Assembly: GCA_963749075.1 (NCBI GenBank)
Contig: CAVVLJ010000021.1
Coordinates: 352,001-416,000 of the forward strand
Direction: 5' to 3'
DNA length: 64,000 bases
Source: an uncultured Pseudomonadota bacterium
GTDB lineage: Bacteria; Pseudomonadota; Alphaproteobacteria; JACZXZ01
Both the position numbers and the translations under genes were made by a program. Below, piece by piece: positions 21,000 through 31,927 of the stretch. A model generated the notes under the pieces. The model had not been told where the DNA came from. It was given only the letters and a program-made list of their open reading frames with translations, and ran no database searches. Each line of letters begins with the position of its first letter. The first letter of the stretch is position 1.

Positions 21000-22589
21000 T
21001 CACGGCTTGGCCGCGTCGTGCGTCGTCAGAACGACCGTTGCGGCATCGACGACCCGGTCCCGCTGTTTCGGGTCGGGCTTGTACAAGAGCGCCTTGCGCA
21101 GCGCGGTGAGATATTCGCGCTCGGTCATGCTCCGGCCGAGCCCGTCGGCGAAGAGCGGGCTCGCCGATGCCACGGCCACGACCATCTCATGCCCGAATGG
21201 CGGGCCGATGCGGTACTTGCGCCGGTCGTCGTCGCCGCCGAGAACCACGGTGCTGTTCGGCGGCAAGGCGGCCGGGACCGTTCCAAGAGGCTGATAAAGC
21301 TGCACGGCGTCGCCGCCTGCCTGAAGGTAGGTGACATAGACATAGGCGGGATAGGTGGGCGTGCGGAGGCGCAGAATCAGGCGGCTGCCGGCCCCATAGT
21401 CGCCGCCATCGTTGCCGACCGCCGCAAGCTCCAGCCCGCGGCGACGCTTGATCACGTCGTCGAGCGTCATCAGGGCCTCGCACTGCGGCCACGGCCGCAG
21501 CAGCACATCGAATTTCACGTCAACCCCTTCCGGCAATTGCGCAACCGCCTCCTTCAACCGGCCGAAGTCCGTCTCCGACCCCACCCACCCGGAGAGCATG
21601 CCATGCTGCTGGTCCGTCGCGCGCAGCTTCACCCGCGCGCATTTCAGCCCGGCCGCGGCTTCGGAGAGGCTCGCCTGCCATGCCACCGGCTCGGGTTGCG
21701 GCGGCGGTGCCGGCTCCGGAGCGGGTGGTGGCGTCGGCGGAGCGATGTCCGTCACGGTGAACGCGTCGTGGACGCTTGCGAGATAGGCGCCATATGACAT
21801 CCAGCCGAACCCGCGGTCGCCCCAATACGGCCCCCATGAGTTGAAGAACTTGAAGGCCTGACGCGTATCGTCGTGGCCGACGATGACGATGGCGTGGCTG
21901 TCATTCGAGCCGGCGGCGTCGACGTTGTAGATGCCGCCCGGCCCGAGGTGCTTCATGACATAGTCGTTCAGCCTCATGCCGATGACGACCGGATCGCCGG
22001 CCGCGAGGCGCCCTTTCACGTCGTCCAGATTTCCGCGGTCGACGACGGCAAAGCCGAAGATCGTATGCTCGCGCGCGTGCTCCCTCACCGCCGGATCGGG
22101 AAGTGCTGAGCAGAAGCGCGGGTCGTAGGGGAACTCGGCAAGGCTCGCGATGCCGTCGCTTTGCAGCAACACGAGGGCGTCGGAGATGCGCGAGCCGCTG
22201 TTGCATTGGCCGGGCGTGTGGACGATCTGATTGTAGACGAAAGCCGGGCTGAAGAGATTATTGTCGTCGGCAAGCGACGTCCCGCGGCGCAGATGATCGT
22301 AGTAGGTCCTGAGCGCGTAGCCGACCGACCAAGCGACGCAGGAGCCTTGCCTGCCCTGGTCGCGCGGATCGGGGAAGCCGCCCGAGAGGTCCGTTTGCAG
22401 CGGCAGGAACGCCCGGTAGGGCGGCAGGTGCGGCAGCTTGGCGAGCACCGCCGGGTCCTCGGGGATGAGGCCTTGCGTGTAGGCGTGTTGGGGCATAAGT
22501 GCCAGAGCCGCGGCCACGTTGGCGGCGAAGACGATGTTAGAGGCGATTTTCCTTAACTGCGTCGTGTTTCGATCAATCGCATTGTCCAT
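21000..22589 (-). CDS. Papain-like C1 cysteine peptidase with C-terminal DUF4384-like domain
   Basis: QGRQGSCVAWS, SHAIVIVG, FFNSWGPYWGDRGFGW; Pro linker; LRPWPQCEAL, YVYVTYLQAGG...PPFGHEMVVAVAS; start uncertain. Confidence 0.85.
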   Translation of the reverse strand: MDNAIDRNTTQLRKIASNIVFAANVAAALALMPQHAYTQGLIPEDPAVLAKLPHLPPYRAFLPLQTDLSGGFPDPRDQGRQGSCVAWSVGYALRTYYDHLRRGTSLADDNNLFSPAFVYNQIVHTPGQCNSGSRISDALVLLQSDGIASLAEFPYDPRFCSALPDPAVREHAREHTIFGFAVVDRGNLDDVKGRLAAGDPVVIGMRLNDYVMKHLGPGGIYNVDAAGSNDSHAIVIVGHDDTRQAFKFFNSWGPYWGDRGFGWMSYGAYLASVHDAFTVTDIAPPTPPPAPEPAPPPQPEPVAWQASLSEAAAGLKCARVKLRATDQQHGMLSGWVGSETDFGRLKEAVAQLPEGVDVKFDVLLRPWPQCEALMTLDDVIKRRRGLELAAVGNDGGDYGAGSRLILRLRTPTYPAYVYVTYLQAGGDAVQLYQPLGTVPAALPPNSTVVLGGDDDRRKYRIGPPFGHEMVVAVASASPLFADGLGRSMTEREYLTALRKALLYKPDPKQRDRVVDAATVVLTTHDAAKP

Positions 22590-22728
22590 GGAATCTGTCC
22601 GGCCAACCGTGATGTCTTTGCGCCACGTTCCGCCCCGATCGGATGCCGGGAACGCGGACCACTGCATGACCGGTTTCGTCGCAGAAATAGCCGGCACTCC
22701 AATTACCCATTTAGCGCTATCGTCAAGC

Positions 22729-24471
22729 TCATTCGTCGGGGAGGCGTCTCAAAGCGTCCTTGGCCGCTTCATTGCCCTGCGCCGCTGCTAGCTTGTACCA
22801 GTAACGTGCTTGGGCATAGTCCGTCGCGACGCCCTCACCCATGTCGTAAAGATGTCCGACTTGGTACTGCGCCCTGTCATGCCCCTGACCGGCGGCCTTG
22901 CGGTACCAACGCATCGCTTCGGCATAGTCCATCGCCACGCCCCAACCGGTGTAGTAAAGACCTCCGACATTGTACTGGGCCCAGGCATGCCCCTGATCGG
23001 CGGCCTTGCGATACCAACGCATCGCTTCGGCAAAGTCCATCGACACGCCCCAACCCATGCTGTAAAGAATTCCGATGTTGTACTGCGCCTCGGCATTCCC
23101 CTGATCGGCGGCCCTGCGGTACCAACGCATCGCTTCAGCATAGTCCTTCGACACACCCCGACCCATTCCGTAAAGAACTCCGATGTTGTACTGCGCCCCG
23201 GCATCCCCCCGATCAGCCGCCTTGCGGTACCAACGCATCGCTTCGGCATAGTCCTTCGACACACCCCAACCGTTCGCGTAAATTACTCCTATGTGGTTCT
23301 GCGCCAACGCATCCCCCTGATCGGCGGCCTTCCGGAACTGAGCAACGGCGTTACGGAACCAGCGCTCGGCTTCGGCATGGTCCTGAGGTACGCCCGAACC
23401 TTTCTCGTATAGGATGCCAATTTCAAGTTGCGCCTCGGCATCCGCCTCATCGGCAGCCTTGCGTAACCAACGCATCGCTTCGGCAGGGTCTCTCGGCACC
23501 CCTTTTCCCATGGCGTAAAGTCTTCCGATGAAAATCGGTGCCTTGGTATTTTCCTGGTCGGCGGCTTTGAGATACCAACGCATAGCTTCGCCGTAATCTT
23601 TCCTATCTTCGGCTTCCCTTCCTCTGTGAAAGGCCTCTTCCGCCGAAATCGCCGGCTCCGGGACGGATGTAACGACCGCTACCTGCGGGGGCTGGCGCTC
23701 TCCAGCGAAATAGAACTCCCCATCGATGGGCGAAATCGCCACCCAGGGCTGCTGGGACCCGTTGGTGTTCCGATCGACGGTCAAGCCGACCTCGTTGAAC
23801 ATGTGGAGGATGTCGAGACCGGGCTTGCGCATCGCCTCGGCGAGCGCCTTGGTGTAGGGGCTGTTGCCGACGAGGCCGCCGTCGCTCGCCACATTGCCCG
23901 GCTGCGTCGCGTAGGAGATCAGCGTTCCCCTGGGCGCCTTCATCTGGGCGAGGCCGCCGCCGGCGTCCCTCAGGCCGCGCCCGCCGAATGGGTTGTTGCG
24001 GCAGGCGTCGAGGATCATCACGTTGAGCCGCGCACCCGAGGCCTCCATCTGGCGCAGCACGACTCCGGCATCCACGAGCTCGAAGTCCGCGTCGGCCGCC
24101 TGCGTCGGATTGGCGTCGACGGGGGCCAGATAATTGACGCCCTGCAACTGGAGCCCGTGGCCGGCGTAGTAGAAGAGTCCCACGCCGCCCCCGGTGAGCT
24201 GCTCGCGGAACGAGCGGATCGCTTTGTCGAAGGCGGCCTTGTCGAGGTTGAGGAGCGCCCGGTCGCCGACCAAGGTAAAGCCTAAGCTCCTCAGCGTGTC
24301 CGCTATGAGGTTCGCATCGTTGGGCGTATTCGCGAGCCGGGCGGCGTGCTGGTAGTCGGCGTTTCCAATGACCAGTGCTACGCGCCGCTCGGGCGTCTCC
24401 GCCATTGTCTCGGACGAGGCCGCAATGGCCCACATCGCCGCGACAATCAAGTGCCGGAAGAGCGGTCTCAT
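22729..24471 (-). CDS. Caspase-family (peptidase C14) protein with C-terminal Sel1-like repeats, signal peptide
   Basis: RVALVIGNADY, FYYAGHG, ILDACRNNP, SYATQPG; 7 full plus 1 partial Sel1 repeats. Confidence 0.93.
   Translation of the reverse strand: MRPLFRHLIVAAMWAIAASSETMAETPERRVALVIGNADYQHAARLANTPNDANLIADTLRSLGFTLVGDRALLNLDKAAFDKAIRSFREQLTGGGVGLFYYAGHGLQLQGVNYLAPVDANPTQAADADFELVDAGVVLRQMEASGARLNVMILDACRNNPFGGRGLRDAGGGLAQMKAPRGTLISYATQPGNVASDGGLVGNSPYTKALAEAMRKPGLDILHMFNEVGLTVDRNTNGSQQPWVAISPIDGEFYFAGERQPPQVAVVTSVPEPAISAEEAFHRGREAEDRKDYGEAMRWYLKAADQENTKAPIFIGRLYAMGKGVPRDPAEAMRWLRKAADEADAEAQLEIGILYEKGSGVPQDHAEAERWFRNAVAQFRKAADQGDALAQNHIGVIYANGWGVSKDYAEAMRWYRKAADRGDAGAQYNIGVLYGMGRGVSKDYAEAMRWYRRAADQGNAEAQYNIGILYSMGWGVSMDFAEAMRWYRKAADQGHAWAQYNVGGLYYTGWGVAMDYAEAMRWYRKAAGQGHDRAQYQVGHLYDMGEGVATDYAQARYWYKLAAAQGNEAAKDALRRLPDE
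22770..23320 (-). repeat. 108-bp tandem repeats encoding Sel1 units
   Basis: Recurring gtaccaacgcatcgcttcggcatagtcc-type units at 108-bp spacing. Confidence 0.85.
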
Positions 24472-24685
24472 GATACCCGCCGCCTTATGCTTCTTCCTAT
24501 GGCACTCTCCTATCCGAACGAAAAAGCAGCGTCAGTGACGCAGCTCACAATCTTGGGCTGAGAATATCAAAACGGGCGCACGTGCTCAATGAGCAACAGC
24601 ACGGGCTCGAGGCACGGTCCGGCGCCTCCTGAACGATCTCCGCACTCCCGTGATCCGGTCCTGTGACCCGCGAGGCGGCGCATGC

Positions 24686-25762
24686 TCATGACGGATCAAA
24701 GAAGTCGCCGCAGTTGTTTTGCCGGCAAAGATAGACCCCAACGTAGCTGCCATAGGGAAACGGAAGCTCGATTCCGATTGGGGTCTTTGTCGTTCTTATC
24801 CCCAGAACTCTTATCGCCAACACGACCTGCTGTCCCGGCATGGTGAACCGTGTGCTCGGCAGATCGATCACCAGGAGGTCGCCGAACGCCCCCTCAGTCT
24901 CCGACAGCATCTGGGAGAAGTCGGCCCTGACGCCGACCACCTTGTCCTTGAATGGGAACGGGTTCGTTTTGAGCATTTGCGCGCTGGCCCAGGCGACGAC
25001 GCCGTTTGCGGCAATGAAGGCGGCGCGGGCAGTCTTGCGCGCTTCCGCCAGCTCCGCCGCCTCCTTGGCCTCGGCCGCGAGTTTCGCCTCACGCGCAAGC
25101 CGCGCCGCCTCCTCCCGACGCTTCTGCTCCTCTTGTTGCCGCACTCGGCTTGCTTCGGCTTCCGCTTGCCGCCGGCGCTCCTCCGCCGCGGCATAAGCGC
25201 GATCTTCAATATTCGGATTGTTCGGCGACCAATCCCACGTGGCGGTGGCCGCTGGGTCGCTTTTCGCGGCCTTGAACCAGGCCTTTGCGACATACTGCTG
25301 GTCGTAGGACTTGCCGTAGCGCTCGGAGTAGGCCGCTATCTCCTGGTTCCTGTAGAGCAGGACATACACCACAAGCTGGTTCGTGTTGAAATCGCTCGGC
25401 GGCCCCGCCATGGAATACATCCTTGCATCCGGGCAGATCTCCTGAAATTTCGCTGCCGCCTTCCGGGCGACCTCTCTTGCATAGCTCAAATTCTCGAAAC
25501 GCTCGCGAAGGTCATACGGCACGCCCACTACAATCTCGTATGTGGTCGGGAAGCCCGCAAAACCGCGGTAGGCGCACGGGTTGACCCACCCGTGAAGGGG
25601 GTCGTGCATGGCAGGGACGACATAAAAAATTCTAACACCGCCCTCTTCGGCCGTCACTTTCTTGTAGACGGGCGGCGTCTTTATGTCGTTTGCGGCGGCG
25701 CCTCGCGCACAGACAAGTCCGGCTATGCCGATGGCAAGCAACAGCATCAGTCGTCCAAGCAT
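24686..25762 (-). CDS. Hypothetical exported protein with central coiled coil and possible C-terminal OB-fold
   Basis: Signal peptide MLGRLMLLLAIGIAGLVCARGAAA; EERRRQAEAE coiled coil; NPFPFKDKVVGV beta domain; Cys pairs. Confidence 0.65.
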   Translation of the reverse strand: MLGRLMLLLAIGIAGLVCARGAAANDIKTPPVYKKVTAEEGGVRIFYVVPAMHDPLHGWVNPCAYRGFAGFPTTYEIVVGVPYDLRERFENLSYAREVARKAAAKFQEICPDARMYSMAGPPSDFNTNQLVVYVLLYRNQEIAAYSERYGKSYDQQYVAKAWFKAAKSDPAATATWDWSPNNPNIEDRAYAAAEERRRQAEAEASRVRQQEEQKRREEAARLAREAKLAAEAKEAAELAEARKTARAAFIAANGVVAWASAQMLKTNPFPFKDKVVGVRADFSQMLSETEGAFGDLLVIDLPSTRFTMPGQQVVLAIRVLGIRTTKTPIGIELPFPYGSYVGVYLCRQNNCGDFFDPS

Positions 25763-25902
25763 CGTCGCTGCGGCGTCTTGCACGGCGGATGATACTCGAT
25801 GCTGGCTCGCTCCCGAGGGGACCCGGCATCGCCACCCGATTGAGCGAGAAGCAAGCGCGGGCGCGGCCCCATGGCGCGATCGGGGGATTCCGCAGAGCAT
25901 AT

Positions 25903-27402
25903 CTAGGGCGTCAGTCCGCAGGCCTTGCTCGCCCTTGTGTAGGCCTCCCTGAACCCCTCGAGCGAGTAAACATCCCTTGTCCTAGCGCCTTCGGCACTCG
26001 TGCCGGTGACGACAGCCTGCCTGCCAATCTTGAGGGCTTCGACGATCTCGGCGTCGCCTCCAGCCATGGCCCATCCGCGGCTGCCGTTGGTGAAAAGCGA
26101 GAACTTCTCACCGTCGACTACGAGCTCGACGGTGCTGTTCTTCTGATAGTCATAGCCGCTGGTGACGCTGACGATGCCAAAGGTCTTCTGCCTCCGCCAG
26201 TGCGTGACGAGGATATTGGCCTCGCCGGGCTTGCTCTGATGGCCCTCCTCCTTCTTGGGATAGCTCGCGACGTAGCAGGTATCGGTCGCGCCTTCCTTGT
26301 AGGTGATCGCATTCCAATTTCCGAACGTGCCCATCATATTTGCGCGCGGTCCTGAAATCGATAGGTCCGCCACAGGTGGGATTGCTGACACTGCCTTCTG
26401 CGGCGGTGCCGCAACAGCAACCTTCTCTGGCGTCGGCCTCGCCGGCGGCAGCGCCTGAATCCGGTTGCGCGCCAGCGAGGCGAAGGCGCCCGTCGGATAT
26501 TGTTTCAGGTATGCCTCGAAATCCGCCGGGTCCTTGCTGCCCTCGATAAACTCCCAGAATACCGTCTCCTTGTCTGCCGATGGCACGGGCGCGGGCGGGG
26601 TCGGAATCGTGCTGCCGGGCGACAGGCCGGCGAAATAGAACTCTCCGTCAATGGGCGAATGCGATACCCACGGCTGTTGCGATCCGTCCGTCTCGCGGTC
26701 GACGGCCACGCCGACCGAGTTGAACATGTGCAAGATGTCGAGGCCGGGCTTGCGCATCGCGTCCGCAAGCGCCTTGGTATATGGGCTGTTGCCGCCCAGG
26801 CCGCCGTCGCTCGCGACGTTGCCCGGCTGCGTCGCGTACGATATCAGCGTCCCTCGCGGCGCCTTCATTTGCGCGAGGCCGCCGCCGGCGTCGCGAAAAC
26901 CCCGCCCGCCGAAGGGGTTGTTGCGGCAGGCGTCGAGGATCATCACGTTGAGCCGCGCTCCGGACGCGTTCATCTGCCGCAGCACCACCCCCGCGTCCAC
27001 GAGCTCGAAGTCCGCGTCGGCCGCCTGGGTCGGGTTGGCGTTCACTGGTGCTAGATAATTGACTCCCTCCAACTGAAGCCCGTGGCCCGCATAGTAGAAG
27101 AGACCCACAGCGCCGCCGGTGAGTTGCTCGCGGAAGTCGCGAATCGCTTTGTCGAAGGCGGCCTTGTCAAGATCGAGGAGCGCCTGGCCGCCGACAAGTG
27201 TGAAGCCTAGGCTCTTCAATGTATCGGCGATGAGCTTCGCATCGTTAGAGGTATTCGCGAGCCGGGCGGTGTGCTGGTAGTCGGCGTTGCCGATGACGAG
27301 CGCGATGCGTTGCTCGCGGGTATCGGCCGTCGCCTCGAGTGATGCCGTGCCGGTGACGGCCAATATCGCCGCAACGGCCATACGCCGGATAAACGGTCTC
27401 AT
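25903..27402 (-). CDS. Caspase-family protein fused to an IalB domain, signal peptide
   Basis: FYYAGHG and LDACRNNP dyad; FWEFIEGSKDPADFEAYLKQYPTG helical linker; C-terminal domain closely matching the 19778-20350 product. Confidence 0.9.
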   Translation of the reverse strand: MRPFIRRMAVAAILAVTGTASLEATADTREQRIALVIGNADYQHTARLANTSNDAKLIADTLKSLGFTLVGGQALLDLDKAAFDKAIRDFREQLTGGAVGLFYYAGHGLQLEGVNYLAPVNANPTQAADADFELVDAGVVLRQMNASGARLNVMILDACRNNPFGGRGFRDAGGGLAQMKAPRGTLISYATQPGNVASDGGLGGNSPYTKALADAMRKPGLDILHMFNSVGVAVDRETDGSQQPWVSHSPIDGEFYFAGLSPGSTIPTPPAPVPSADKETVFWEFIEGSKDPADFEAYLKQYPTGAFASLARNRIQALPPARPTPEKVAVAAPPQKAVSAIPPVADLSISGPRANMMGTFGNWNAITYKEGATDTCYVASYPKKEEGHQSKPGEANILVTHWRRQKTFGIVSVTSGYDYQKNSTVELVVDGEKFSLFTNGSRGWAMAGGDAEIVEALKIGRQAVVTGTSAEGARTRDVYSLEGFREAYTRASKACGLTP

Positions 27403-27814
27403 GACCCCATCTCGAATCTGGTGTATCAGGCGTTAATCACCCCCGCAGTGACACGAACCGCGACGTAGAGACTATCATGACCCTGGGGCACTCTCAATCA
27501 CAAGTAGCGGCGCGCTAGAATCGTGCCCTGCGCCCCTTGGACGACCGAGCCTGGCGCCAAGGCGTGTGAAACGGATCAGGCTAGCGACGGATCGAGGAAG
27601 CTGTCACGACTTCCCCGTTGACAGGAACAACGGCCGTCGCCATGCGGAAATGGGATCCGAGTCAGGTGACCATGGGGATTCGAGCATTCTGCGAGTTTGC
27701 TTTCCCGCCGGTTGTCACCTACATCCAGGGCAGCAATGACACCTGCGCTGAGGAGGCGGGCAAGGCCTGCGGCGCGAAAGACTAGCAGCCGCCGCCCTTG
27801 CCGCATGAAGAGCC

Positions 27815-28943
27815 ATGAGCGTCGCCGTCGAGCGCGCGTCCGAGACGCAAAAGAACCTGATCGGGCTCAGCCGCGCGGAGCTCGAGGAGGAGCTCGCCGT
27901 CCTCGGCCTCGAGCGCTTCCGCGCCCGCCAGCTCTGGCACTGGATCTATCACCGCGGCGCGCCCGACTTCGCCGCGATGTCCTCGCTCTCGCGCCGGCTG
28001 CGCGAGACGCTCGAGCGGCACTTCACGCTCGCCCGTGCCGTGGCCGTGCGCGACCAGCAGTCCTCGGACGGCACGCGCAAGTGGCTCTTGCGGCTCGCCG
28101 ACGGCAATCTCGTCGAGACCGTGCACATTCCGGAGGAGGACCGCGGCGCCTTGTGCGTCTCCTCGCAAGTCGGCTGCACGCTCACCTGCAAGTTCTGCCA
28201 TACCGGCACGCAGAAGCTCGTGCGCAACCTCGAGGCCGGCGAGATCGTCGGCCAGCTCATGCTGGCGCGCGATGCCATCGGCGAGTGGCCGTCGCCGCGT
28301 GACGGCCGCATGATCTCCAACATCGTGCTCATGGGGATGGGCGAGCCGCTCTACAATTACGAGAACGTCGCGCAAGGCATTGCGCATCGTGATGGATGCG
28401 GACGGCATCGCCATCTCGCGCCGGCGCATCACGCTCTCGACCGCGGGCGTGGTGCCGCAGATCAGGCGCGCGGGTGCCGAGCTCCGCGTCAATCTCGCGG
28501 TCTCCCTCCACGCGGTGACCGACGGCTTGCGCGACGTGATCGTGCCGCTCAACCGCAAATACCCGATCGCGGAGCTCATCGCGGCCTGCCGCGACTATGC
28601 GGCACTCAACCCCAACCGGCGCATCACCTTCGAATACGTCATGCTCAAGGGGGTGAACGACGGTGCGGCCGACGCGCGCGAGCTCCTGCGCCTCATCCGC
28701 GGCATCCCGGCCAAGGTGAACCTCATCCCCTTCAACCCCTGGCCGGGCGCGCCCTTCGAATGCTCGGACGAGGGCGCCATCCGCGCTTTCGCCGACATCG
28801 TGATGAACGCCGGCTATCACGCGCCCGTGCGCACGCCGCGCGGCCGCGACATCCTCGCCGCCTGCGGCCAGCTCAAGTCCGAGAGCCTGCGCGAGCGCGC
28901 CGCCGCGCGCGCGGCCAAGCGCGCGGCGGCGGCGGCATCATGA
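27815..28943 (+). CDS. rlmN: 23S rRNA m2A2503/tRNA methyltransferase RlmN, frameshift at ~28372
   Basis: [25 protein letters not shown]; second frame [30 protein letters not shown]. Confidence 0.93.
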
Positions 28944-28945
28944 GA

Positions 28946-29581
28946 TCATGAGGCGGCGAGCGCGAGCCTCTCCTCGGCGAAGCGCCAATTGACCAGCTTG
29001 TCGAGCCAGGCCGCGACGTAGTCGGCGCGCCTGTTCTGATAGTCGAGGTAATAAGCGTGCTCCCACACGTCGATGGTGAGGAGCGGCGTGGCACCGTGAA
29101 CGAGGGGCGTGTCGGCGTTGGCGGTCGCCATGACCTTGAGCGCGCCCTTCGCGTCGGCTGCGAGCCAGGCCCAGCCGCTGCCGAACTGGCCGAGCGCCGC
29201 CTGCGCCATGGCCTCGCGGCACGCCTTGGCGCCGCCGAAATCGCGCTCGAGCGCCGCCTTGAGCTTGCCCGCAGGCTCGCCGCCGCCGTGCGGGGCCATG
29301 CACTGCCAATAGAACGCGTGGTTCCACGCCTGGGCGGCGTTGTTGAAGATCTTGCCCGCCTTGGCATCCTTGGCCGCGCGCCGGATCACCCCTTCGAGCG
29401 CCGCGCCCTCGTAGCCCGTGCCCTTGACGAGCTCGTTGAGCGTCTTGACGTAGCCCGCGTGGTGCTTGCCGTGGTGGAAGGAGAGCGTGCGCGCGGTGAT
29501 CACCGGCTGAAGCGCGTTCTCGTCGTAAGGCAGCTTCGGCAGCTCGAAGGCGGCTTGGCCCTTGGTCAAGGTATCTGGCAT
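28946..29581 (-). CDS. sodB: Fe/Mn superoxide dismutase
   Basis: [48 protein letters not shown]. Confidence 0.93.
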   Translation of the reverse strand: MPDTLTKGQAAFELPKLPYDENALQPVITARTLSFHHGKHHAGYVKTLNELVKGTGYEGAALEGVIRRAAKDAKAGKIFNNAAQAWNHAFYWQCMAPHGGGEPAGKLKAALERDFGGAKACREAMAQAALGQFGSGWAWLAADAKGALKVMATANADTPLVHGATPLLTIDVWEHAYYLDYQNRRADYVAAWLDKLVNWRFAEERLALAAS

Positions 29582-29831
29582 GGTACGGTCTCCTTCGTGA
29601 ATTGCATTCGAGGCGGCGGCAGGCGTCCGCCCGCGCCGCTGCATTCGCTCGCTAGCCCTCGTGGCGCCCTCGCGAAGACGCGGGGCCGCATGTTGTGAAC
29701 CAGCATCCAAGGGCTTTCGTTCCATATGGGAAGTGCCGCCGCCCCTGGCGAGGCGCCGCGCGCGCTAAGTGCTGGCGGGCGGTGCGGCCATCTGCCGCAG
29801 CGCGAGAGGCGAAGAGGACCGTCCGTCGCGC

Positions 29832-30263
29832 TCAGCAGGCGATTGCGCGGACGTGGCCTGCGCGCGCATAAGCAAGAATGTGGCGGTCGCGCGTGACGAT
29901 GGGGACGCCGAGCGCGCGTGCCGTGGCGACGAGGAGGCGGTCGCCCGGATCGGCATGGAAGTTTCCCGGAAGTTCGGACGATTCGATGGCGATCTCCGGG
30001 GTGAAGGGGGCGAGCCTGATCCCGGCTTGCGCGAGGAGACGAGCGAACCAGGTCTTCGCGTCGGGGAGGAATTGCACCGGGTGCTTGCGTCGGGCGGCGC
30101 CCAGCAGGCCGATCTCCCAGGCCGACACCACGGACACGAGAACGCCCTCCCCGCGCGCCGCGGCGAGGATCTCATCGTGCCCGCGCGCCTGCATCTCGTC
30201 GCCGTTGGCGACAAAGATCGCGGCACAGGTGTCGAGGAGGAGCGGCCCCGCCGCCGCGCTCAT
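29832..30263 (-). CDS. vapC: VapC/PIN-domain toxin
   Basis: [30 protein letters not shown]. Confidence 0.9.
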   Translation of the reverse strand: MSAAAGPLLLDTCAAIFVANGDEMQARGHDEILAAARGEGVLVSVVSAWEIGLLGAARRKHPVQFLPDAKTWFARLLAQAGIRLAPFTPEIAIESSELPGNFHADPGDRLLVATARALGVPIVTRDRHILAYARAGHVRAIAC

Positions 30264-30532
30264 CCGTGGATGCGCCCCTTGCGCGCGGAGAGCGGCTCGT
30301 CGAGCACGGGGGCGGTAAGATCGACAGCCGGCGGCACGCGCACGCTGCCGCGCATGCAGCCGAAAAGCGCTTCCGCCTCATGGCCGCGGTCGAACGGAGT
30401 CAGCACCGCCATGGGCCGTCCGCGCTTGGTGATGATGAGTCGGTTGAGCTTGCCCTGCTGAAGGCGCTCCAGGAGTGCGAGGCAGGTTGCCTTGAAGGCG
30501 CTCGCGCTGATGGTCTCTCCGGCGTCGCGCAT
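30260..30532 (-). CDS. Phd/YefM antitoxin
   Basis: [27 protein letters not shown]; 4-bp overlap with vapC. Confidence 0.88.
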   Translation of the reverse strand: MRDAGETISASAFKATCLALLERLQQGKLNRLIITKRGRPMAVLTPFDRGHEAEALFGCMRGSVRVPPAVDLTAPVLDEPLSARKGRIHG

Positions 30533-30550
30533 GGTCATCTCCATATGTCT

Positions 30551-30568
30551 GGTCATAAATATATGACC
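30551..30568. promoter_or_regulatory. Operator palindrome of the phd-vapC operon
   Basis: GGTCATA-AATA-TATGACC perfect 7-bp inverted repeat just upstream of the antitoxin. Confidence 0.65.
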
Positions 30569-30700
30569 ATAAGGGACCTCCGGTCAAGAAATGCGGGACG
30601 GTGCCGCTTGGCGCCTGCCCTGGCCGCGCCTTGCCGGCGCGCCCGATTTCCCTATACTGCCGCGCCGTTCGACACTTCCTCCCGCGGAGCGGAGCCGGCC

Positions 30701-31909
<1,209 letters not shown>

Positions 31910-31927
31910 GGGGCGCGCGCGGCCGAG

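Larger units (their letters stand above)
20351..27780 (-). other. Inserted island: exported caspase / C1 peptidase / OmpA cluster
   Basis: Five co-oriented genes opposite to the flanking genes, partly more AT-rich, separating the usually adjacent ialB and rlmN; no integrase seen; boundaries approximate. Confidence 0.7.

Noticed and set aside
22770-23320. Regular repeats as a CRISPR array
   Set aside because: In-frame 108-bp Sel1 coding units; no unique spacers and no cas genes
20397-27557. CTGGCGC at 20397-20403 and 27551-27557 as att sites of the caspase island
   Set aside because: A 7-bp GC-rich word, and the rejoined junctions are not convincingly palindromic; indistinguishable from chance without an empty-site genome
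27576-27806. 76-aa ORF at the island's right edge
   Set aside because: No motifs and atypical codon usage; probably promoter or intergenic DNA
28340-28400. Programmed frameshifting in rlmN
   Set aside because: No slippery heptamer; similar single-base breaks occur in four unrelated genes
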